Source: Thermococcus kodakarensis KOD1
GTDB taxonomy: Archaea; Methanobacteriota_B; Thermococci; Thermococcales; Thermococcaceae
Reading direction: 5' to 3'
NCBI RefSeq assembly: GCF_000009965.1
Contig: NC_006624.1
Span: forward strand, 240,001 to 272,000
Length of the DNA stretch: 32,000 nucleotides
Part shown: in pieces, positions 8,201-15,230 of the stretch
Position numbering within the stretch: the stretch's first letter is position 1
Layout of the letters: each line of letters starts with the position of its first letter
Translations under genes and position numbers: made by a program
Notes under the pieces: model-generated
The model's input: the letters and a program-made list of their open reading frames with translations, nothing else
Told to the model about the DNA's origin: nothing
The model's database searches: none

Positions 8201-9601
8201 TTATAGCCTGCACTTGCCGTCGAAGAAGCTCGGCCTCTCGAACTCCTTTCTCATAGCCGGAAAGTCCTCACGGTAGTGGGCACCACGGCTCTCTTCTCTG
8301 GCCAGAGCGCACTCAAGGACACCCCTAACCAGGAGCTTGAGCCTCGGGTCGGCTTCAACATCTCTCAGTTTTTTCAAGCCCTCCTTGAGTGTCCTCTCGT
8401 TCCTAACTATGCCCGCGTGCCCCCAGAGGATTTCCCTCAGTGATTCAATGTCTCCAGTCTCGTATCCGTGATAAGGAGGTTCTTTCACTTCTCTGCCCTT
8501 CGGTTTGTCCCTCACTATCGTCCTGGCTACTTCAAGGCCTGAAACAATGCACTCAAGCAGGGAGTTGCTCGCGAGCCTGTTGGCCCCGTGAAAACCGTTA
8601 CTTGCCGCTTCACCGATTGCATAGAGATTCTTGATTCCAGTTCTGTACCATGTGTCAACTGCTATCCCGCCTATCGTGTAGTGGGCTATCGGCGCAATGG
8701 GTATCAAATCCCTTGAAGGGTCGATTCCTTCCTTTCTGAGAAAGGCATAAATCTGGGGAAACTTCTTTTTGAAGTCCGCTATTCCAGTAGCATCGAGGAA
8801 TACTCTCTCTCCTTCCTGCATTTTCAGGTAGATCGCCCTCGCCACGATGTCCCTCGTGGAAAGCTCGTTTACGAAGCGCTTCCCATCTTCGGTTACGAGC
8901 CTCGCACCCGCTCCCCTAACCGCCTCGCTGATAAGCTTAACTCCATCTTCTCCAATGAACCCAGTTGGATGGAACTGGATGAACTCAAGGTCTCTCGCAA
9001 AAGCACCTTTCATTACGGCGTCTCCGATGAGCGTTCCGAGGTTCGTCGGCGAACCTGCTGTGTACTTAAAAAGCCCTGTGAACCCGCCAGAGGCAATAAT
9101 CGTCGCGTCGAACTTTAGGAACTCTCCGTTCACGAAGACCCCGTAGGCTTTTCCGTGCTTAACTGCCAGCTCTTCGGCTTCGCCTTTGATGAAGTTAACT
9201 CCCCCCTCCTTTGCGTGGAGGTAGAGTATCTTGGTGAGGTGCTTTCCGGTCTCGTTTTTTATCGTGAAAACCCTCGGAAAAGAGTGTCCGCCTTCCGTCT
9301 CGTTGGTCTCGAACTTCACGCCCAGGGAGAGGAGGAAGTCGTAAGCCTCGCTGGCTTTTGATATCACGTTCCAGACTGTCTCCTTATCGTTGATGTATTT
9401 TCCTCCTCTCATTGTGTCTATCACGTGAGCAGTTATTGAATCCCCTTCGAGGAGGGGGAAGGCAATCCCTGCCTGAGCCAGGTAGGAATTGGTCGTGTTT
9501 ATACCCGTGTGGATGAGCGTTACCTCGTAACCCAGTTTCGCCAAGGAAAGCGCGGCCGTAAGCCCCGCGATACCGCCGCCGATGATTCCAACCGAGGTCA
9601 T
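8201..9601 (-). CDS. nadB: L-aspartate oxidase
   Basis: It has the FAD-binding GIIGGGIAGLTAAL motif, a succinate dehydrogenase/fumarate reductase flavoprotein-like body, and RGAHYREDFP. I chose ATG at 9601, which is preceded by AGGTGGGA; the track start at 9610 is a GTG. Confidence 0.92.
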   Translation of the reverse strand: MTSVGIIGGGIAGLTAALSLAKLGYEVTLIHTGINTTNSYLAQAGIAFPLLEGDSITAHVIDTMRGGKYINDKETVWNVISKASEAYDFLLSLGVKFETNETEGGHSFPRVFTIKNETGKHLTKILYLHAKEGGVNFIKGEAEELAVKHGKAYGVFVNGEFLKFDATIIASGGFTGLFKYTAGSPTNLGTLIGDAVMKGAFARDLEFIQFHPTGFIGEDGVKLISEAVRGAGARLVTEDGKRFVNELSTRDIVARAIYLKMQEGERVFLDATGIADFKKKFPQIYAFLRKEGIDPSRDLIPIAPIAHYTIGGIAVDTWYRTGIKNLYAIGEAASNGFHGANRLASNSLLECIVSGLEVARTIVRDKPKGREVKEPPYHGYETGDIESLREILWGHAGIVRNERTLKEGLKKLRDVEADPRLKLLVRGVLECALAREESRGAHYREDFPAMRKEFERPSFFDGKCRL

Positions 9602-9806
9602 TGATCCCACCTGAATCGAGTTTGAGTGTTAGCTTAAAAACATCTTGGAAGGGCAGAAATCAAACCATCTGGCTTGAGGTCATTGGGTTTACTTTTTTCT
9701 TTCGAAAGCCTCATCATTTGGGGTGGGGATGCAGTAATCGAGAAATCAACCTGAAAGCAGGAAAGCAAAACTATTTTAAAGCTCAAAAAACATACTATAC
9801 TTCAAG

Positions 9807-11102
9807 ATGAAACGGGCAGTAACCGTTAAACTACAACCCTCAAAAGCCCAAGAGAAAGCTCTTTCCGAGTTAGCCCAAATCAGCTCCAAAGTTTGGAACA
9901 AGGTGAACTACCTCCGCAGGCAGGAATTCTTTGAGGGGAAACCAATAGACTTCAACAAAACCGAGAAAACAGTTTATGAAGAGTTCAAATCCGAGATAGG
10001 CTCGGCAACAGTTCAGCAAATAGCGAGAAAGAACGCCGAAAGCTGGCGTTCCTTCTTCTCACTCATCAGGAACAAACGGAACGGAGAACTACCCAAATGG
10101 CTCAAACCAGAACCACCAAACTACATCAAGGGAGAGGGCTTAATAGTCCTCAGGAACGACCAATACAGGATTGAAGGGAACAACCTAATCCTCAAGGGCC
10201 TTGGGAAGTTCAAGAGGCTGGAAGTTCAATTCAAGGGGAGGATTCACTTGAAGGGCAAGCAGGGAAGGTTAGAAATAACTTACGACCCCATAAGGCGGAA
10301 ATGGTATGCTCACATCAGCATAAGCGTTGAGAAGAAACTTCAGGGTGGAGAATGGGTAGAAGTTCCAAGAGAACCTTTGGGGAACTTTTCCGCTGGAATA
10401 GACCTCGGAGTGAACAATTTAATGGCTGTCTATGTGGAAAACGGGGAAAGTTTCTTAGTAAATGGCAGACCTTTGAAGTCAATAGCCTTCTACTGGCAAA
10501 AACAGATTGCCGAGTATCAGTCGAAACTCAACAAGTCTGGAGCCAAGAAGAGCAGAAAGCTCACAAGAATGCACCAGAAGGCTAAACTTCAGGCTAAGCA
10601 CTACATTAACACGGCAGTAAGGCAAACCGTTGAGAGGCTCTACCGCCTTGGAGTTTCCAGAATTGTAATTGGTTATCCAAAGGGAATAGCGAGGAACTCT
10701 GATAAGGGCAAAAGGCAGAATTATCTCCTCTTCCACGTCTGGAGGTTCAACACGGTAATAAAACGCCTGAAAGAGGTTGCAGAAGAGTATGGTATTAGTG
10801 TTATCGTCGTTGATGAGGCTTTTACTTCTAAGACTTGTCCCGTTTGCGGGAAGCCCCACGAAGGGGCTCGCTTCGTTCGTGGATTGTTTAAGTGTCCCGC
10901 AACGGGGCTTATCTTCAACGCTGACTTGGTTGGTGCTTTCAATATTTTGAAGAAGGTGGTGAAAACCATAACCCCAAGCTTGCCAGTTTTGTCGGCAAGT
11001 AGGGGTAACTGGCCGAAGGCCCGGCCAGAGGGGCTGAAAGCCCACTTTGAATTGGGATTTAATGAAGCCCCTCAAACCTCTCCGCCATTGGCGAGGGGTT
11101 AG
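9807..11102 (+). CDS. tnpB: TnpB (IS200/IS605 family OrfB) RNA-guided endonuclease-like protein
   Basis: RuvC-like motifs are present: GIDLGVNNLMAV (D), VIVVDEAFTSKTCP (E) and FNADLVGAFNILKK (D). The zinc-ribbon region is CPVCG...FKCP. No TnpA gene is adjacent. Confidence 0.9.
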   Translation: MKRAVTVKLQPSKAQEKALSELAQISSKVWNKVNYLRRQEFFEGKPIDFNKTEKTVYEEFKSEIGSATVQQIARKNAESWRSFFSLIRNKRNGELPKWLKPEPPNYIKGEGLIVLRNDQYRIEGNNLILKGLGKFKRLEVQFKGRIHLKGKQGRLEITYDPIRRKWYAHISISVEKKLQGGEWVEVPREPLGNFSAGIDLGVNNLMAVYVENGESFLVNGRPLKSIAFYWQKQIAEYQSKLNKSGAKKSRKLTRMHQKAKLQAKHYINTAVRQTVERLYRLGVSRIVIGYPKGIARNSDKGKRQNYLLFHVWRFNTVIKRLKEVAEEYGISVIVVDEAFTSKTCPVCGKPHEGARFVRGLFKCPATGLIFNADLVGAFNILKKVVKTITPSLPVLSASRGNWPKARPEGLKAHFELGFNEAPQTSPPLARG

Positions 11103-11135
11103 CTCGTTGGAACCCTCGCCGTTCACGGCGGGGAG
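9807..11135 (+). mobile_element. Minimal extent of a TnpA-less IS200/IS605-type element (tnpB plus right-end hairpin); true ends not determined
   Basis: The tnpB ORF is followed 11 nt after its stop by an 8-bp GC-rich hairpin, CCTCGCCG-ttca-CGGCGGGG (11114-11133), typical of a subterminal right-end or omega-RNA structure. The left end cannot be fixed from a single copy. Confidence 0.6.
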
Positions 11136-11191
11136 AAGGTCAGAAACGTAAAGCTTTCAAACAGATGCATACATCCGTGCACGGTGATCAC

Positions 11192-11269
11192 ATGAAGAGG
11201 AAGCTCCTGATAGCCCTCTCCTACGCCGCCCCAATCCTGGTGGTGATAGGTATCCTGCTAATCGCATGA
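11192..11269 (+). CDS. 25-aa hydrophobic peptide (MKRKLLIALSYAAPILVVIGILLIA)
   Basis: GGTGAT sits 3 nt upstream of the ATG. There is strong G/C third-position bias with typical local codons (AAG, CTC, CTG, GCC, ATC). It forms a single predicted TM helix. It is below the ORF-track size cut-off. Confidence 0.4.
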   Translation: MKRKLLIALSYAAPILVVIGILLIA

Positions 11270-11400
11270 TAGAGTGTCAGGATTTAGGCTTACAGCGGGC
11301 ATATGTTCAAAAAGTCTGCCCATTTTTTACCCAATTTTGCCATATCTTCAGGTTTTCTTCCGAAAAAGTCAAATACCTCAAGGCTTATTTTGGTGCGGTG

Positions 11401-11764
11401 ATGTCCATGGCTGGTGCAGGCGAAGTAGCAAGGAAAGTCCCCGGAAAGCTTGGAAGGGGGGAGGGAGAAACCGTCCGTTAGGGCAGGTTCCGAGGAACTC
11501 CTGTTCGAGGTTCTTAAGGAAGGTCTCTTCTGGGCCGCACTCGGCCGTCCGTCGGAAGTCATGCCGTTTCTGAGGGGCAAGCTTTTGGGCAACGGCTTCA
11601 GTCCAAAGGCGAAGGAAGAGCTCCAGTGGCTCCTCGACCAGCTTGAGAAGTACTACAGCCACGTTGCCGCGTCGGGCAGAGTTGAAGAGAGGCACCTCCG
11701 GGCAATAAAGTCCTTCTACCGCGACATCGTCGTTGTCCTGTCGGTAGAGAGGGCTGAATTTTGA
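11401..11764 (+). pseudogene. Hypothetical protein gene apparently frameshifted at a G6 run (or a shorter ORF 11450/11561-11764)
   Basis: Frame 2 from about 11462 to 11764 has strong coding-like codon bias (GAG, AAG, CTC, TTC, TAC, GAC) but no ATG before 11561. The ATG at 11401 has GGTG upstream but lies in frame 1, which stops at 11479-11481. The two frames overlap across GGGGGG at 11456-11461. Confidence 0.4.
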
Positions 11765-11785
11765 TTCTTTTCATTTAGTTTTGGC

Positions 11786-13114
11786 TTAATCTCTAGCCCA
11801 TTTTACGGCAAATACAATCAGCATGGCCGCGAAAACCAGTCCTAAGACCACAATAATGCCCGTTCCAATGGTGTTCTTTTTGGGAAATTCAACGAGTTGG
11901 ACGCCGCTACCGTTAAAATACACCAGTTCTCTCCCGTCCGAGAAAAGGCAACCGTTGCCACAATCACCCATTTTTGGGCTGAAATGAAGCTCAAAGCTCC
12001 TCCCCTGGTATGTCAGGATGCTCTCGTTTATGTTGACTTCACAGCCGTTTAGGAGTGGGGTGTTATCAACAGGACTCCTACCCCTGAAGACCAGGAGAGG
12101 CCAGTTCTGCTCGCAGATGGGAGTCACGTTGAGTGATTTGCTTACCTCAATACCACCGCTAGGCGAGACGATTAAATAGCCCAGCGTTTCCTCTCCACTG
12201 TTTCTTCCCGTGGTGGGGTTCCACGAGTACCAGTACCTATACTTTCGAACGATCCATCTTCCATCGTAGCTCCCTAGGAGGGACAGGGAGATGTTCTTCC
12301 CTTTTGGTACTGAATCTAGGGGGATCAGGGTGTAGCCCCCAGTGGTGTTGATGATTCCCAGGTAGAATCTCCAGACGGTTTCGTTATAAAAGGCAATATC
12401 TGCGTAGTTGTCAACCAAAACGCCAAAATGGGTTCCGTTGAAACAGCTTCCACCCCATTCTGCGGACAGGTTTCCGAAGGTTATGTTCTCAATCTTAATT
12501 CCCGAAGGAGTGAAAACAACGGCGCGGAGATTCGTTATTTCGGTGTAGAAATTGGTGTAGCCAACGAGATAACCGTTGGGGATCATCTGGATGTTCCCGA
12601 CGTAGCATTTTGAGCCTGTGCAAACTGTGGAGCGGCCCCTGTCGTCATCCAGGAGGGGATAAACGGTTGTGTTCACGAGGGCGTACCAGTTGTACCCTGT
12701 CATCTGGCAGGCTTCCCAGGGCTGGAATATCATGTAGAACTTCCCGTTCCAGTACATCGAGAGCTCATCCCAGCAGTCTGTCACCCCATTGAAACCACCC
12801 GCGAAATGAAGCGCGCCGTCATAGACGTAGAACTGGATGTCGGGAGCTGAGTAAACATCGGATACGTTTCGGTAGAGAAGAACTTCTTTTCCGCTTGAAT
12901 GGACGAAGGTGAGGTTTGGGAGGGTTTCGTTCAGGAGCTTGAAGCCTTTTCCTGGCTCGTAGAGCCAGAGCTGGGTAGTGTTGCTTGAGGAGCCCTCTGT
13001 TAAAACGAGAAAACCGTCACGATAGTGCGCTATTCCAGCAATTTGGGGGTGGTATGCTATGGTTTGAGGCGTGATTAGAGAGATTATGAGTAGCAATGAC
13101 ACTAACCTCTTCAT
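11786..13114 (-). CDS. Secreted/membrane-anchored sequon-rich protein, paralog 1
   Basis: It has an N-terminal signal-like MKRLVSLLLIISLI, a C-terminal TM helix plus basic tail (GIIVVLGLVFAAMLIVFAVKWARD), and more than 10 N-x-S/T sequons. GGTGAT lies in the 12-nt gap to the upstream paralog. Confidence 0.8.
   Translation of the reverse strand: MKRLVSLLLIISLITPQTIAYHPQIAGIAHYRDGFLVLTEGSSSNTTQLWLYEPGKGFKLLNETLPNLTFVHSSGKEVLLYRNVSDVYSAPDIQFYVYDGALHFAGGFNGVTDCWDELSMYWNGKFYMIFQPWEACQMTGYNWYALVNTTVYPLLDDDRGRSTVCTGSKCYVGNIQMIPNGYLVGYTNFYTEITNLRAVVFTPSGIKIENITFGNLSAEWGGSCFNGTHFGVLVDNYADIAFYNETVWRFYLGIINTTGGYTLIPLDSVPKGKNISLSLLGSYDGRWIVRKYRYWYSWNPTTGRNSGEETLGYLIVSPSGGIEVSKSLNVTPICEQNWPLLVFRGRSPVDNTPLLNGCEVNINESILTYQGRSFELHFSPKMGDCGNGCLFSDGRELVYFNGSGVQLVEFPKKNTIGTGIIVVLGLVFAAMLIVFAVKWARD
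12871..13036. repeat. 166-nt near-identical DNA block shared by the two paralogs (copy A)
   Basis: Hand alignment with 14203-14368 gives 6 mismatches in 166 nt, while the gene cores are only weakly similar. Confidence 0.85.
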
Positions 13115-13126
13115 TCTATCACCCAG

Positions 13127-14446
13127 TTAGTCAGGATTCCCACCAGACTTCCTTCTTCTCTCGAGCATTGTTTTTATTGTGTACACCGCGAGAAGACAAC
13201 TTAGAGCCACTATTCCCACAGTTAGCAATTTTTTCGTTGTGTTTTCCTCTGGAAGGTTGATGGGTTTGATATTTTTGCCGTCAAAATACACTAGCTCTCT
13301 CCCGTCCGAGAACAGACAGCCGTTGCCACAATCACCCATTTTCGGGCTAAATGGCAGTTTAATCACCATTTTCCCGTAGTGGAGAGCCGTTCCATTGATG
13401 ACGACTCTCTTTCCATTCAATTCCATTGGTATCTCGACGGGTTGCCCCCAGTCGAAGACTTTTTGAGGCTTGACCATTTTGCATACGGGTTTGAAGATTG
13501 TACTATTAGGGAACTCAACAATACCTCCTGAAGAAACGGTTATGTAACCTAGAGTCCTGTGGTGAGCTCTAAGCTCGGAAACATTCCACCACGAATAAAC
13601 TCTCTCGAGTATCCATTTTCCATCAGTGTATCCCAATAACTCAAGGGTAACGTTTTCTTTGCTATCAAAAGCCGCAAGGGGAACCAGTTCAGACTCTTCG
13701 CTCATGTTGATTATCTGAAGGTAGTACTTAATTGTGGAAACGTTGTCGGAGATCAGCCTGAATCTGTTGCTGACCAGGGACGCGATGTGAGTGCCGTTAA
13801 AACACAATCCCTCCACCGAGAGATTACTGGGGGTTAAATCCATTAATGAGGGATGAGAATTTTGGAGCGTGATAAAGAAAAGCTCCCTTCGATAGCTCTC
13901 GGGATCCCAGCTCATTATAACATATCCGTGGGGAATTTGCCAAACCCCTGAAAAATACATGCCTTCCTTTTCATTAGGCAAGAGCCTGTGGATACTGCCA
14001 TTGATTATGGCATACCAGCTGTAACTGCTCCCCTCCTGCGTGGTCCATCTAATCTCAAGGAGCAGGTAGAATTCTCCGTTCCAGTATATTCTGCTGCCCA
14101 CTCCATAATCGTCAAACTCTAGGTAATCTCCGAGGTATTCCAGCTCTCTGTTATACACGTATAGACGGAAACGTTGCAAATAATGATGATCTGGGGAATT
14201 CTGGTAGAGAAGAACTTCTTTTCCGCTTGAATGGACGAAGGTTAGGTTTGGGAAGGTTTCGTTCAGGAGCTTGAAGCCTTTTCCTGGCTCGTAGAGCCAG
14301 AGCTGGGTAGTGTTGCTTGAGGAACCAGCTGTCAAAACGAGAAAACCGTCACGATAGTGCGCTATTCCCCTGACCTGAAGGGGGCTTGCCAGGAGGTACG
14401 GAGAGAAGAGGAGTGAAAGAACGAGAAGCCCCACGAGCCTCTTCAT
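13127..14446 (-). CDS. Secreted/membrane-anchored sequon-rich protein, paralog 2
   Basis: It has the same architecture as 11786-13114 and shares the blocks IAHYRDGFLVLT.GSSSNTTQLWLYEPGKGFKLLNET.PNLTFVHSSGKEVLLY and FSPKMGDCGNGCLFSDGRELVYF. GGTGA lies upstream of the ATG, and a TATA-like TTATATAA sits near 14494-14503. Confidence 0.8.
   Translation of the reverse strand: MKRLVGLLVLSLLFSPYLLASPLQVRGIAHYRDGFLVLTAGSSSNTTQLWLYEPGKGFKLLNETFPNLTFVHSSGKEVLLYQNSPDHHYLQRFRLYVYNRELEYLGDYLEFDDYGVGSRIYWNGEFYLLLEIRWTTQEGSSYSWYAIINGSIHRLLPNEKEGMYFSGVWQIPHGYVIMSWDPESYRRELFFITLQNSHPSLMDLTPSNLSVEGLCFNGTHIASLVSNRFRLISDNVSTIKYYLQIINMSEESELVPLAAFDSKENVTLELLGYTDGKWILERVYSWWNVSELRAHHRTLGYITVSSGGIVEFPNSTIFKPVCKMVKPQKVFDWGQPVEIPMELNGKRVVINGTALHYGKMVIKLPFSPKMGDCGNGCLFSDGRELVYFDGKNIKPINLPEENTTKKLLTVGIVALSCLLAVYTIKTMLERRRKSGGNPD
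14203..14368. repeat. 166-nt near-identical DNA block shared by the two paralogs (copy B)
   Basis: This is the partner of 12871-13036. A second, shorter block (11910-11986 versus 13278-13353, about 90 percent identical) covers the shared C-terminal motif. Confidence 0.85.
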
Positions 14447-14600
14447 TGAGTCACCATCCTGGGGATTAATTCACACTCATAGTTGTTGTTAAATTATATA
14501 AGACTTTCGTTTTTATTGAAAACTTGATAATAGTAAAACAATGCTTTGATTAGCGCACCCTATCTCAGGGCTACCTTTTTAACCCTGTTCTCACACTCAC

Positions 14601-14660
14601 CCCGGGATGATGAGGGAAGTTTCGTCCGAGTGATGAGGAAACTCGCATGGGCTGACCTAA
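14601..14660 (+). ncRNA. Candidate C/D-box sRNA (2'-O-methylation guide)
   Basis: Box C is AUGAUGA (14607-14613). A 12-nt spacer GGGAAGUUUCGU follows. D' is CCGA (14626-14629). C' is either GUGAUGA (14630-14636) or AUGAGGA (14633-14639). Box D is CUGA (14652-14655). The C-to-D span of 49 nt equals the canonical archaeal layout. TTTTTAA (14575-14581) lies about 25 nt upstream, and short GGG/CCU flanks could pair. Confidence 0.5.
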
Positions 14661-15199
14661 ACCGCCAGGGTTATACAATCCGGCGGCACCCTCTCAACTA
14701 TTCTCACGTTCTTCCCGGCCTTGTATATTTTAAAGCCTCTTTTCCTCAGGCATTCGGCGTCTATCACCAGGAGGACTACTTCTCTTCCGTGCCGCCTTCC
14801 CGTTTCCAGGGCCTCGATCTTGTCGGTGCTTACGTGAACGTACTGGCGTTTCATTGGCTTCAGGCCTTCTTTTAGAATCGAGGGCAGGTTCCTCCGGGGA
14901 GTACCGTGGTACAGAAAGCGGCTCTCGGTGTCCTCTTCGTGGTCGAGACTGACTGGAAAGCTGTGGCCGTAGCGGGCCCTTATTCTATCTCCCCGGATTT
15001 CGTAGCGGCCCTTCGGATCATTCTCGACGATTTCCCTAACGAATTCCTCCGTGACCTCGGGATAAACCGTCTTTAGTGCATTGACGAGCTCGTTGAGAGA
15101 AACGAACCCTTCAACGTCCGGCCGGAGGCCGAACTCCTCTGGCGAGTGTCGCAGGATGTACGCCATAAGCTTGCTTACTCGCTTCCGCTCTGGCTTCAT
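14657..15199 (-). CDS. kptA: RNA 2'-phosphotransferase (Tpt1/KptA)
   Basis: [20 protein letters not shown]...[13 protein letters not shown] and HVS motifs are present, and the 180-aa length is typical of the family. Confidence 0.9.
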
Positions 15200-15230
15200 G
15201 TGGAAAAATTATGAAGAAAAGCTAAAAACC

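Noticed and set aside
7230-9601. nadB-nadA operon without nadC as a possible pathway anomaly or IS-mediated disruption.
   Set aside because: nadC may simply be encoded elsewhere in the genome. Nothing in the window, such as a gene fragment, indicates that the TnpB element destroyed it.
9660-9716. Minus-strand AUGAUGA (C-box-like, 9710-9716) upstream of tnpB as a second C/D sRNA.
   Set aside because: No CUGA D' or D box lies at the required 12-nt spacings downstream on that strand.
11378-11695. Minus-strand ORFs (105 and 100 aa) overlapping the 11401-11764 region.
   Set aside because: Third-position G/C bias and codon choice clearly favour the plus strand. The minus-strand frames are mirror images of a Glu/Lys/Leu-rich coding frame.
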